Assembly: GCA_038323715.1 (NCBI GenBank)
Contig: JBBQHF010000001.1
Span: forward strand, 45,549-109,548
Origin: Patescibacteria group bacterium
GTDB taxonomy: Bacteria; Patescibacteriota; Patescibacteriia; Patescibacteriales; UBA12465
Length of the DNA: 64,000 bases
Direction: 5' to 3'
This document shows, one piece after another, positions 17,785 through 28,152 of this stretch. How positions within the stretch are numbered: position 1 is the stretch's first letter; each line of letters begins with the position of its first letter. The translations under genes were made by a program, and so were the position numbers. The notes under the pieces are model-generated. The model did no database searches and had not been told where the DNA came from. It saw only the letters and a program-made list of their open reading frames with translations.

Positions 17785-18978
17785 ATGAAAATAGGAATTG
17801 ACGCTCGCTTCTACGGTCCAATCGGTAAAGGGCTTGGTCGTTACACTCAGGAAGTGGTAGACAATATAATAAAAATTAATGAAAATCTAGACGTTGATAG
17901 TTTTGAATTTGTTATATTTTTAAGTCCTGATAACTACGATGAGTTTATTTCTAACAGTCCAAAGGTTAAGAAGGTCATGATTAATATTGGTTGGTATTCA
18001 TGGCGCGAACAAGTGGTAATGCCTTTTTATATCTGGCGTGAACATCTAGATTTAATTCATTTCCCTCATTTTAATATCCCCGTTTTTACACCTGTAAAAT
18101 TTGTCATGACTTTGCATGATTTAATTTTAACCCATTTTCCCACCGTAAGAGCCACAACTAAAAAAGTCTTTATTTATAAAATAAAAAATTTAGCGTATAA
18201 GCTCGTAATGATGGCGGCTATTAGTCGATCGCAAAAAATAATTACTGTTTCTGAATTTACAAAAAAAGATATTATTCATAAATTTAAAATCCCCGCCAGT
18301 AAAATCATTGTTACCTATGAGGGGGTCGCTAATTTGACTAGAGGCCGTGATTCTTTGTTTGTTTCCAAGCTTGATGTTGGCGAAACTTTAGATAAATATC
18401 ATATCGGTAAAAAGTTCTTATTGTATGTGGGGAACGCCTATCCTCATAAAAATTTAGAATTTTTAATCAGAGTATTTAGTCGTCTCCATGCTTTAAGGCC
18501 AGATTTAAAATTAGTTTTAGTAGGGAAAAATGATTATTTCTATTCTCGCATTCACGAATATGCTCGGTCTATTAATTTATGGCAAAAAGAAAATATTAAT
18601 AGCCCAATTATTTTCCCTGGCTATATCCCAGATGCGCAATTAGAAATAATGTATCAGGAAGCGCTTGTTTATGTTTTTCCTTCCCTGTATGAAGGATTTG
18701 GTTTGCCTCCGCTAGAGGCGATGGCTAAGAGTTGCCCAGTTGTTAGTTCTGATCGGGCTAGTTTGCCAGAAATTTTAGGAGCCGCCGCTTTGTATTTTAA
18801 TCCTGAAGACGAAGACGATATGTTAAAAAAAATAAACTATATTCTAGACGATAGCGCCAAAAGAGAAGACCTCAAGAGTAAGGGGTTAGAACAAATTAAA
18901 AAATATAACTGGTGGGAGTGTGCTAACCAGACATTTTCAGTCTATAGAAATATTTTATTGAATAGCAAACATGATTAA
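17785..18978 (+). CDS. Family 1 (GT4-type) glycosyltransferase
   Basis: C-terminal EGFGLPPLEAMA motif (E-x7-E region) of GT-B retaining glycosyltransferases. Confidence 0.8.
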   Translation: MKIGIDARFYGPIGKGLGRYTQEVVDNIIKINENLDVDSFEFVIFLSPDNYDEFISNSPKVKKVMINIGWYSWREQVVMPFYIWREHLDLIHFPHFNIPVFTPVKFVMTLHDLILTHFPTVRATTKKVFIYKIKNLAYKLVMMAAISRSQKIITVSEFTKKDIIHKFKIPASKIIVTYEGVANLTRGRDSLFVSKLDVGETLDKYHIGKKFLLYVGNAYPHKNLEFLIRVFSRLHALRPDLKLVLVGKNDYFYSRIHEYARSINLWQKENINSPIIFPGYIPDAQLEIMYQEALVYVFPSLYEGFGLPPLEAMAKSCPVVSSDRASLPEILGAAALYFNPEDEDDMLKKINYILDDSAKREDLKSKGLEQIKKYNWWECANQTFSVYRNILLNSKHD

Positions 18979-21472
18979 TAAAAATGCAAAAATAAATAAA
19001 GAGGCCTTAGAAAGGGAGAGACACTCTAGTTTTGTGGTTGATTTAAGACAAAAAGCTGGGGCGATTAAGGATGCTCAAAAATTAATAAACAAACCACAGT
19101 TTGCCTTGTCTTTTAATATACCTAAAAAATCAATTTTTGCCACTATAAAAAAAATATTTAGCAGACATAAAAAGGTGGGGCTTGAATTAGCTGTTCGTGA
19201 TTTGAAATTATTTTCAAAAAATAACAAAATTAATTTCCCTAAAATACATCTTAATTTTAAGTTCGGTTTCGGGAAGAAACAGAGCCTTTGGCAAAAGATA
19301 GTTTTAGATAAGCATAAGATTTTAAGTTCTAAATTTAAAATAGTCGGACGAGAACGTTTAGCGGTTGCCGAAAATACTGCTATTTGGTATAGATCAATTT
19401 TCTCATTCATGATTATGCTGGTATTAATTATAATGCCCATTAAATTATTATCTTATTTTGAGTTGTTGGATTTAAGTGGCCTGGAGGGCAAGGTAATGGA
19501 AAGATCAAAATCAGCTTTAAATAATTTAGTTTCGGCTGCCGATTCCGTTTCCGCGCTTGATTTTAAAGAAGCTGATGCCGAATTTTCTAAGGCTGGACAA
19601 GGATTTTTAGAGGCTCAAGATGACTTAAGTATTATTAGTGATTCTTTGCTTTTTCTAGCGTCTCTTTCTAATGATCCAAAAATGAAGCTAGCGGCTGAAA
19701 GTAAAAAGTTCTTAGCAGCCGGGGCGGTTAGTTCTTCGCTAGGAAAAAATTTAGTGCTCGCGACGGATAGTCTTTTTAATAGTAAGGAAATTGATTTTTT
19801 GGTAGCGCTTGAAAGTTTTTCTAAATATGGTCGTTTGGCAGTTGAAGATGCTAAGCAGCTAGATAAAATTGTTGCTGGCATTAATCCTGATAATTTGCCA
19901 GATGAGTATCGAGAAAAATTTTCTTTGTTATCTAGTCAATCTCATATCTTGAGCTCTAATTTGGAGAACTTTGTTGATGCGGCTGATAAAATGAAAGAAA
20001 TTTTAGGTCTCAGCCAGGATAAACGTTATTTATTAGTTTTTCAAAATAATTCAGAACTGAGAGCTTCCGGCGGATTCTTGGGTAGCTATGCTTTAGTTGA
20101 TTTAAGTGGTGGCAAAATTAAAAACTTAGAAGTACCTGGTGGCGGCTCTTATGATACCGAGGGAGCAATGTCGGTAAAAGTTAAAGCGCCTAAACCTTTA
20201 TGGTTAGTCAATCCGCTTTGGCATTTTTGGGATGCAAATTGGTGGCCAGATTGGACTAAGACCGCGCAAAATTTAATGTGGTTTTATGAGAAGAGTGATG
20301 GCCCCACGGTAGATGGGGTGATTAGTGTTACCCCAACGGTTGTAGAAAAACTTTTGGAAGTTACCGGCCCGATTGATTTAACTGAGGAATATGGGGTTGT
20401 TATTGATAGTGATAATTTTTGGGAAACAGTGCAAAAAATTACGGAACGTAAAAATTTGGAAAAGACTCACCCAGATGACGTTGCCAACTTAAAACAATCA
20501 AGCGAGGCAGTTCAGTCTTCTATTCCTTTAGAGCAGGGATTGGAAAATAATGTAGATAATAAGCCAAAGAAAATTATTGGAGATTTGATGACTAAGATTC
20601 TTGAGATTCTCCCTAAAAAACTTGATAGAAATAATCTTCTAAAAATTATTTCTGCTTTTGAAGATAGCCTAGCCGAAAAACAGGTGATGTTTTATTTTAC
20701 CGACCCTAAATTACAAGCTGAAGTTAGTCGTCGTAACTGGGCCGGAGAAATAAAAGACACTAGCCGTGATTACCTGATGGTTGTAAATACTAATATTGCC
20801 GGACAAAAAACTGATCGTAAAATTGAGGAAAAAATAGATCATCTTTCTCATGTTTATCCTGACGGCCACATCGTAAATACTTTAAAAATAACTCGCTCCC
20901 ATAATGGTATTAAGAATGAAGCCTTAACTGGGGTAAGAAATGTGGACTGGCTAAGGGTTTATGTTCCTGCCGGCAGTCGTCTTATTTCTGCTTCTGGGTT
21001 TAATGCTCCTGATGCAAAATATTTTGAAGAACCTGATGCCACCTGGGAAGATAGTAAATTTTTAGAAAATGAATCAAGGGCGACAGTAGATTCAAAAAGT
21101 GGATTGATGGTGTATTCAGAAAATAATAAAACTGTCTTTGCGGGCTGGGTAATGGTTGACCCTGGCCAAAGTGCTGACATCACAGTTGAGTACGAGTTGC
21201 CATTTAATTTTTTTGATAAAAATGAAAATAATGGTTTTTTAAACCGTTTAAATAAATTATTGAATCCAGAATCTGAAGATTTATGGCCATATTCGCTTTT
21301 AGTACAGAAACAGCCTGGGGCCGCCCCTAGTAGTTTCTATAGTCGCTTGGAGTCTCCAATAGGAATCAGTGCTTTTTGGAAACACCCTGATGATTTAAAT
21401 TGGCAGAGAGGTTGGGAAATATCGGATTATATAAATTCTGATAAATATTTTTCTGTTTTGTTAAAAAAATAA
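18971..21472 (+). CDS. Large membrane-anchored protein, DUF4012-like
   Basis: TM helix near residue 140. Central LVFQNNSELRASGGFLGSYALVDLSGGKI resembles the DUF4012 core found next to cell-wall polysaccharide loci. Overlaps the GT4 stop by 8 nt. Confidence 0.45.
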   Translation: MINKNAKINKEALERERHSSFVVDLRQKAGAIKDAQKLINKPQFALSFNIPKKSIFATIKKIFSRHKKVGLELAVRDLKLFSKNNKINFPKIHLNFKFGFGKKQSLWQKIVLDKHKILSSKFKIVGRERLAVAENTAIWYRSIFSFMIMLVLIIMPIKLLSYFELLDLSGLEGKVMERSKSALNNLVSAADSVSALDFKEADAEFSKAGQGFLEAQDDLSIISDSLLFLASLSNDPKMKLAAESKKFLAAGAVSSSLGKNLVLATDSLFNSKEIDFLVALESFSKYGRLAVEDAKQLDKIVAGINPDNLPDEYREKFSLLSSQSHILSSNLENFVDAADKMKEILGLSQDKRYLLVFQNNSELRASGGFLGSYALVDLSGGKIKNLEVPGGGSYDTEGAMSVKVKAPKPLWLVNPLWHFWDANWWPDWTKTAQNLMWFYEKSDGPTVDGVISVTPTVVEKLLEVTGPIDLTEEYGVVIDSDNFWETVQKITERKNLEKTHPDDVANLKQSSEAVQSSIPLEQGLENNVDNKPKKIIGDLMTKILEILPKKLDRNNLLKIISAFEDSLAEKQVMFYFTDPKLQAEVSRRNWAGEIKDTSRDYLMVVNTNIAGQKTDRKIEEKIDHLSHVYPDGHIVNTLKITRSHNGIKNEALTGVRNVDWLRVYVPAGSRLISASGFNAPDAKYFEEPDATWEDSKFLENESRATVDSKSGLMVYSENNKTVFAGWVMVDPGQSADITVEYELPFNFFDKNENNGFLNRLNKLLNPESEDLWPYSLLVQKQPGAAPSSFYSRLESPIGISAFWKHPDDLNWQRGWEISDYINSDKYFSVLLKK

Positions 21473-21482
21473 ATTAAAATAT

Positions 21483-23489
21483 ATGTTAGCAGAAAAAAAA
21501 CTAAAAAATAAAATCAAAATAGACAGAGAGCCATCATCAGGGCTTTCTGCTTTTACCGAACGCCCGATACCAACAGAAACAGAGGTTGCCAGTTTTGAGC
21601 GTGTGGTCGAACGAGAAGTTAGGCATCAGGAAATTGATTCCAATCTTTCTGAAATTTATAAGGATAATAAGGGCGACTTAATAGATGTAAAAAAAATGAG
21701 TGTTAAAAAAAGACAAGCCTGGATAATTAGAGTTTTTAAAAGAATTATCATTTTAGGACTATTATCCCTTATCGCTTACTTTTGTTATTTTTATTTTTTT
21801 GTTCGTGGTAATGACATGAGTGGCTTGGAGTTTTTAATAGCGGCCCCGGAAAAAGTAGTCGCCGGAGAAGAATTTTCTTATGCCATAAATTACACAAATC
21901 CAACAAAATTTCCTTTGTCAAATTTGTATTTAGAATTAAAATATCCCGAAAATTTTATTTTCTTAAATTCTTCCGAATCCCCAACTAATGGTAACTATGG
22001 ATTTAATTTGGCTGATTTGCCATCAGGCGCGACCAGAACGGTCACGGTTACTGGGACGCTAGTTTCTCAGACTGACTCAGTTAATGTGGTTTCCGGAAGA
22101 TTGAGTTATATCCCAATCAACTTTTCTAGTGAGTTTAAAAAAGAAAGTTCAGATGCCACAATTATTGAGGGGTTCGGTTTTCAAGCAGCGGTGGAAGCGG
22201 CAAATTCCGCTTTCGTTAATCAGGACAACGAATTAGCCCTCTCGTTGTTCGATGTGCAAAATAATCAATTCGCAGATTTTAACTTAGAAATAGTTATGCC
22301 TGAGGGGGGCACTGTGAGTCTAGCTAAAGACAATAAGAATTTAAATGCTAGTTCTACTCTAGTCACTCCCATGCCGGATGATAATTTTATAGCCATTGAA
22401 GATGGCGCAAATAATTGGAAAATATCTGGATTAAGCTTGGGGAGTGGTCCCGAGAAATTAAATTTTATTTATCAGTTTAAAGAACAGCCAAGCTCTTCCG
22501 ATATTACTATTAAGCTCAGTAAGAAATTATTAGATGGTCAGAAGTATGTATTTTGGGAAAAAACAATTTCTCCGGAACTTGTTAAAAGTGACTTAAATTT
22601 AACTCTATTTTTAAATGGCTCCAAAAATAATGGTACGGCCAATTTTGGGGATACTTTAAATTATACTCTCGCCTATAGTAATAAAGGGGATAATACTTTT
22701 AAGGATGCCGTAATTATGGTGGTACTTAATGGCTTTTTCCTTGATTGGAACTCTTTTAAAGCTGACCAAGACGGAGAAGTAAAAACTGGTAAAATGATTG
22801 TTTGGACCAAGAATGATATTTCAGCATTATCAGGAATCAAGCCAGGCGACGCGGGAGAAATTAATTTTTCTATTAAGTTAAAAGATTATTTGGATAGTGA
22901 TTTCGGCAGTAGCATGCAAATAAATTCTTATTCCCAATATGGCGTTAATAACCAAGAATCGGGAGAAGGAAAAAATAGTAGTAATATTATAGAAACAAAA
23001 ATAAATAGCGATTTATATTTAAGCGAACAAATTAGATATTTTGATGATAATAATTTGCCGGTTGGCTCTGGCCCCTTGCCTCCAAAAGTTGGCGAAAAGA
23101 GTAGTTTTAAAGTCTTTTGGACAGTAAAAAATAATTTACATGAATTGCGTAATGCGGAAGTAATTTTAAACTTACCTAATGGCATCAATTGGGATGGCAA
23201 CTCTTCGGTGGGAGCCGGAACTATTTATTATGATGAAAGTAGGCGTTTAGTTATTTGGAATATCGGTCAGTTGCCGGTATCCATATATCAGACAGATGCT
23301 TCTTTTTCTGTTTCTGTTACGCCATCTGAATCCGATCGTGATAAAATTTTAATTTTATCTCCAGGCTCAACAATTAGTGCTTCAGATAACGAAACTCAGG
23401 CGGTAATCAGTCGCAAAACTGGTCCCAAAACAACTAAATTAGAAGATGATGATATTGCGAGTTTAAATAATTCGGGCAGGGTTGAATAG
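21483..23489 (+). CDS. Large extracytoplasmic surface protein with repeated beta-rich domains (hypothetical)
   Basis: Short cytoplasmic N-terminus, one TM (IIILGLLSLIAYFCYFYFF), then about 560 aa of Ser/Thr/Asn-rich beta-type sequence with a recurring 'LNxxxxxxG...TxxG' pattern reminiscent of DUF11/CARDB-type repeats. Confidence 0.45.
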   Translation: MLAEKKLKNKIKIDREPSSGLSAFTERPIPTETEVASFERVVEREVRHQEIDSNLSEIYKDNKGDLIDVKKMSVKKRQAWIIRVFKRIIILGLLSLIAYFCYFYFFVRGNDMSGLEFLIAAPEKVVAGEEFSYAINYTNPTKFPLSNLYLELKYPENFIFLNSSESPTNGNYGFNLADLPSGATRTVTVTGTLVSQTDSVNVVSGRLSYIPINFSSEFKKESSDATIIEGFGFQAAVEAANSAFVNQDNELALSLFDVQNNQFADFNLEIVMPEGGTVSLAKDNKNLNASSTLVTPMPDDNFIAIEDGANNWKISGLSLGSGPEKLNFIYQFKEQPSSSDITIKLSKKLLDGQKYVFWEKTISPELVKSDLNLTLFLNGSKNNGTANFGDTLNYTLAYSNKGDNTFKDAVIMVVLNGFFLDWNSFKADQDGEVKTGKMIVWTKNDISALSGIKPGDAGEINFSIKLKDYLDSDFGSSMQINSYSQYGVNNQESGEGKNSSNIIETKINSDLYLSEQIRYFDDNNLPVGSGPLPPKVGEKSSFKVFWTVKNNLHELRNAEVILNLPNGINWDGNSSVGAGTIYYDESRRLVIWNIGQLPVSIYQTDASFSVSVTPSESDRDKILILSPGSTISASDNETQAVISRKTGPKTTKLEDDDIASLNNSGRVE

Positions 23490-23512
23490 AATAAATCAAT
23501 ACCAGAAATTAA

Positions 23513-24610
23513 ATGTTTAAAATAGTAAAAACTAAAAAAAATGGTTTACGCCAGGGGTTGTTGCATACCGCTCATGGAGTTTTATCGACGCCATTTTATA
23601 TGCCCGACGCAACTCGCGGTTTTGTAAAATTAACCAGTAATGACGAAATCATCAGAACGGGGACTAAGGCTCTGGTGGTAAATACCTTTCACTTATATCT
23701 TCAACCCGGTTTAAAAATTATTGAAAAAGCGGGGGGTATTCATAAATTCATGAATTGGAGCGGCCCATTATTATCTGACTCCGGTGGTTTTCAGGTCTTT
23801 TCGTTGATTCATAAAAATAGTCAGATGGGAAAAATAGGTGATGACAAGGTTATTTTTAAATCCCCAATTGATGGATCTAAACACGAGCTTACGCCAGAGA
23901 AATCAATTCAAATACAGTTTTTTCTCGGTGTCGATATGATGGTTTGTTTAGATGATTGTCCGCCTAATGAATTTGCGCGAGCTGATTTGGAAAAGGCTGT
24001 AGATAGAACTATTTCTTGGGCAAGAAGATGCAAAGTAGAATACGATAAACAATTAAAAAAAAGACGCCTCAAAGGTTTAAAGCGTCCGCTTTTATTTGCC
24101 GTTATTCAAGGTGGGGCGGAGATAGACTTAAGAGAACGTTGCGCTAAAGAACTAGTTAAAATAGGTTTTGATGGTTATGGTTTTGGCGCGCGACCAGTTG
24201 ATGAACAGGGAAATTTTTTGGAAGAAGTTTTAATTAAAACCGCAGAATTTATTCCCAAAGAATCTTTGCGTTTTGCTCTTGGTATTGGCACTCCGGAAGA
24301 TATCCAGCGTTGCGCCCTAATGGGCTGGGACATGTTTGATTGTGTTATTCCCACTAGAGAGGGCAGACATGGTAAGCTCTTTGTCAGCAAAACTGCTTCC
24401 AAATACGAAACTATTAATATTAATAATGCTAAATTTACCAATGATTTTAAGGCTATTAATAAAAATAGCGGTTTAAAGGAGCTCAAAATAAATTCTCGGG
24501 CCTATCTTCATCACCTGTTTAAATTACAAGAACCATTGGGGCATAAATTAGCCAGTTTAAATAATTTAGAATTTTATCAAAAAAATATTAAAAGCCTTGA
24601 TAAATTATAA
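23513..24610 (+). CDS. tgt: Queuine tRNA-ribosyltransferase
   Basis: LHTAHGVLSTPFYMPDATRG and the DCVIPTR zinc/active-site region. Confidence 0.85.
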   Translation: MFKIVKTKKNGLRQGLLHTAHGVLSTPFYMPDATRGFVKLTSNDEIIRTGTKALVVNTFHLYLQPGLKIIEKAGGIHKFMNWSGPLLSDSGGFQVFSLIHKNSQMGKIGDDKVIFKSPIDGSKHELTPEKSIQIQFFLGVDMMVCLDDCPPNEFARADLEKAVDRTISWARRCKVEYDKQLKKRRLKGLKRPLLFAVIQGGAEIDLRERCAKELVKIGFDGYGFGARPVDEQGNFLEEVLIKTAEFIPKESLRFALGIGTPEDIQRCALMGWDMFDCVIPTREGRHGKLFVSKTASKYETININNAKFTNDFKAINKNSGLKELKINSRAYLHHLFKLQEPLGHKLASLNNLEFYQKNIKSLDKL

Positions 24611-24653
24611 TTTTTACTTTATACTATTCTGGTAATTAATAACTATTTTCGCT

Positions 24654-25682
24654 ATGCACACAAAAATAATAGCTACTATTGGGCCTAAAAGTGAGGCGCC
24701 TGATAAATTAGAGGAGCTCTTGAAGGCCGGGGTTGATATTATCCGTGTCAATTTTTCTCATGCTAATTATGATCAATATAAGAGAATCAGAAAATTTATT
24801 TTAGAATTTAATCAAGAAAATGATAGAAAGGTCGCTATGTTGCTAGACCTTCAAGGTCCAAGAATTAGAGTTGGCAAAATGCCAGACGGAGGAATAATTT
24901 TAGAAGACGGTGATATTTATGATTTTACTTTTTCTAAAGAAGCTTACAAAAAAGGCAATCTGATTCCAATTGATAACCCGGAATTACATCTTGATATAAA
25001 AAAGAGTCAGCCTTTGTTTTTGTGTAATGGAGAAATTGAACTTATAGTCTTGTCGGTTAAAAATAAAATTATTAGCGCTAAGGTGATTCATGGTGGGCTG
25101 TTAACTTCTAATAAAGGAATCAATGTCCCTGATACGAATATGCGTAAGGGAGGGTTAACTGCCAAGGATATTAAAGATTTAAAGTTTGGGCTTAAAGCGG
25201 GCATGGAATATGTTGGCCTTTCTTTTGTGCAAACTGCGGCCGACGTTTTAAAGCTTAGAAAACTTTTAGGTAAAAATACAACTGTTAAAATAGTTTCCAA
25301 GATTGAAAGAGGTATCGCTTTAAAGAATATTGATAAAATTATAGTTGTCTCGGATGTTATTATGATTGCTCGTGGTGATTTAGGGATTGAGACTCCAATT
25401 GAAGATTTACCCATAGTACAAAAGAATTTAATTCGCCACGCTCATTGGCACAAAACTCCGGCTATTATTGCTACTCAAGTAATGACCTCAATGATTAAAA
25501 ATCCTAGTCCCACCAGAGCAGAAATAAGCGATATTGCTAACGCCGTCTTAGATGGAGCCGATGTGGTGATGCTATCTGACGAAACAGCGGTTGGGGATCA
25601 TGCCTTAAGAGCAGTAAATATGCTGGTAAAAGTGATTGTGAGAACTGAAAACTTTATCAATAAATCTTGTATTAATTTTTAA
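24654..25682 (+). CDS. pyk: Pyruvate kinase (short form lacking the C-terminal allosteric domain)
   Basis: TKIIATIGPKSEAPDKLEELLKAGVDIIRVNFSHA and MIARGDLGIE motifs. Only 342 aa versus about 470 for canonical PK. Confidence 0.8.
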   Translation: MHTKIIATIGPKSEAPDKLEELLKAGVDIIRVNFSHANYDQYKRIRKFILEFNQENDRKVAMLLDLQGPRIRVGKMPDGGIILEDGDIYDFTFSKEAYKKGNLIPIDNPELHLDIKKSQPLFLCNGEIELIVLSVKNKIISAKVIHGGLLTSNKGINVPDTNMRKGGLTAKDIKDLKFGLKAGMEYVGLSFVQTAADVLKLRKLLGKNTTVKIVSKIERGIALKNIDKIIVVSDVIMIARGDLGIETPIEDLPIVQKNLIRHAHWHKTPAIIATQVMTSMIKNPSPTRAEISDIANAVLDGADVVMLSDETAVGDHALRAVNMLVKVIVRTENFINKSCINF

Positions 25683-25692
25683 ATTATAGTTT

Positions 25693-26982
25693 ATGAAAAT
25701 AACACTAATTACTGCTAGACAAATTTTAGATTCCAGAGGTAATCCGACCATTGCTGCTAAAGTAGTTTTAGATAACGGCGCCACGGGAAGCGCTATGGTC
25801 CCTAGCGGGGCTTCTACCGGAAGTTACGAGGCGGTAGAGCTGCGTGATAATAATAAAGAATCTTATAACGGGCAAGGAGTTTTAACCGCTGTTAATAATG
25901 TAAAAGAAAAAATTGCTCCAGTTTTAATTGGGCTAAATCCAGAAAATCAAACTGAAATAGATAGATTAATGTTAGAGCTTGATGGCACCGAAAATAAATC
26001 TAATTTAGGCGCTAATGCTATATTAGCCGTGTCACTGGCAGTCGCTCGTGCGGCGGCTAACGGTTTGAACATTCCTTTGTATGAATATTTAACAAAGTTG
26101 AACCCTGATTTTTCTGGTAAATATTTTTTACCAATGCCGATGATGAATGTTTTAAACGGCGGCAAACACGCTGATTGGGCAACTGATATCCAAGAATACA
26201 TGATTCTACCTATTGGCGCTAAAACTATGAATGAGGCTGTTAGAATGTGCGCCGAAACATATCAAGCTTTGAAAAAAGTTTTAAAAATAAAGAAATATAG
26301 CATTTCTGTTGGTGACGAAGGCGGGTTCGCTCCAGCAGTTAAAAGTAATGAAGAGGCGTTTGAATTATTGACCGAAGCGGTAATCATGGCTGGTTATAAA
26401 TTAGGGGTTGATATTATTTTTGGTATTGACGCGGCGGCTACTGAATTTTATACTGATGGGAAATATAATTTAAATAAGGAAGGGAAGTCTTTAAATAGTT
26501 CTGAGTTGGCTAGTTTTTATATAGATTTAGCGGCCAAACATCCGATTTATTCTTTTGAGGACATTTTTGCCGAAGACGATTGGGATGGTTTCCAAAATTT
26601 TTTACAAGCCAATAAACAATTTCAGTTAGTTGGGGATGATTTATATGTTACTAATGTTAAACGTTTAGAAAAGGGGATTGATAATCATGCTTCTAATTCT
26701 ATTTTGATTAAACTAAATCAAATTGGGACCTTATCAGAAACAATTGCGACTATATTATTGGCGAGAAAAAATAATCTGACTGCTGTCATTTCTCATCGTA
26801 GTGGAGAAACAGAAGACACTTTTATCGCGGATCTGGCAGTCGCTATGGGTACAGGCCAAATAAAAACAGGTGCTCCAGCGCGTTCTGAGAGAACGGCTAA
26901 GTATAATCGTTTGATGGAAATAGAAGAGGAACTTGGTGATAAATCTAGTTTTTCTACTTTCCCTTTTTCTCCTATAAATTAA
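25693..26982 (+). CDS. eno: Enolase
   Basis: ARQILDSRGNPTIAAKV, SGASTGSYEAVELRD, SHRSGETED motifs. Confidence 0.9.
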   Translation: MKITLITARQILDSRGNPTIAAKVVLDNGATGSAMVPSGASTGSYEAVELRDNNKESYNGQGVLTAVNNVKEKIAPVLIGLNPENQTEIDRLMLELDGTENKSNLGANAILAVSLAVARAAANGLNIPLYEYLTKLNPDFSGKYFLPMPMMNVLNGGKHADWATDIQEYMILPIGAKTMNEAVRMCAETYQALKKVLKIKKYSISVGDEGGFAPAVKSNEEAFELLTEAVIMAGYKLGVDIIFGIDAAATEFYTDGKYNLNKEGKSLNSSELASFYIDLAAKHPIYSFEDIFAEDDWDGFQNFLQANKQFQLVGDDLYVTNVKRLEKGIDNHASNSILIKLNQIGTLSETIATILLARKNNLTAVISHRSGETEDTFIADLAVAMGTGQIKTGAPARSERTAKYNRLMEIEEELGDKSSFSTFPFSPIN

Positions 26983-27016
26983 ATTAATCAATCTTTTTTA
27001 AGGTGATTTTAATTAT

Positions 27017-28126
27017 ATGATGCAATTATTATTTTTTGCGGTTTCTGCCCTTGTTCTATTTTTAGGCCATGTGATAGCTTGGCTGGCGGCGGTAAAATTT
27101 TTTGGTTTAACAACTTTTAATTCAAAAATAATTGCTGCTTTGGTTATTTTGTTCTTTTTCATATCCGCTTTAGTTGCTTCCTATATGATACATCAATGGG
27201 ACAACGTCGCCACTCGCTGGTATTATATGTTAGCCGGTTTTTGGATTGGCGCTTTGCTAAATTTTGGGTTAATGGCACTTTTGGTTATTATAATAAAATT
27301 TATTGGAAGTTATGTTGGGTTCACCTTGGAGCCAAATATTATAAAAATAATTTTAATTTCGGGAACAATTTTAATATCGGCGCTAGGATTGTTTAATGCC
27401 TTTACCCCTAAAGTTAAAGAATACGAGATAAAAATTAAAGATTTGCCGGAATCTTGGTATGGAAAGTCTATCGTGCAAATTTCCGACGTTCATCTTGGTC
27501 CCGTTTATAGAAAAAATTTCTTTTATCGTGTTATGGCTAGGGTTAATAAATTAGAACCGGAGGCGGTGGTTATTACTGGCGATTTATTTGATGGCATGGA
27601 ATCTGATTTTTCTTGGATGAATACTCCATTTGCGAGGTTAAATGTAAAAAGGGGAATTTATTATTCTTTTGGTAACCATGACTTATATCTAGGCTTTGAC
27701 CGGGTAACTGATTTGTTAAAAAGTAATCCAGTAGAAATTTTGGATAATCGCTTAGTGATAGTTGACGGCCTACAAATTATTGGTATAAACTACTCTTTCA
27801 ATAAAGATTTTGATTTATACGAAGAAATTTTAAAACAATCGGGGTATGATGAAAGCAAGCCAAGTATTCTTTTGTATCATGAACCAAAAAATATTGAATT
27901 AGCAGAAAAAGCCGGAATTGACTTGCAGCTATCCGGGCACACACATAGGGGGCAATTATTTCCATTTGGCTTTCTGGCTAAATGGGCTTATAAGGGTTAT
28001 GGTTATGGTTTATTCCAAAAAGGTCCGTTTTCTTTAATTGTTAATAGTGGGTTGGGTACTTGGGGTCCTCCGATGCGCACCACCAGTCGTAGCGAGATAG
28101 TTAAAATTACTTTGCAACCGCTTTAA
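27017..28126 (+). CDS. Membrane-anchored calcineurin-like metallophosphoesterase
   Basis: Several N-terminal TM helices then DVHLG, GDLFDG, GNHD, GHTHRGQ metallophosphatase motifs. Confidence 0.75.
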   Translation: MMQLLFFAVSALVLFLGHVIAWLAAVKFFGLTTFNSKIIAALVILFFFISALVASYMIHQWDNVATRWYYMLAGFWIGALLNFGLMALLVIIIKFIGSYVGFTLEPNIIKIILISGTILISALGLFNAFTPKVKEYEIKIKDLPESWYGKSIVQISDVHLGPVYRKNFFYRVMARVNKLEPEAVVITGDLFDGMESDFSWMNTPFARLNVKRGIYYSFGNHDLYLGFDRVTDLLKSNPVEILDNRLVIVDGLQIIGINYSFNKDFDLYEEILKQSGYDESKPSILLYHEPKNIELAEKAGIDLQLSGHTHRGQLFPFGFLAKWAYKGYGYGLFQKGPFSLIVNSGLGTWGPPMRTTSRSEIVKITLQPL

Positions 28127-28152
28127 ATAATGTTTTATAATTTTTTATCAAG

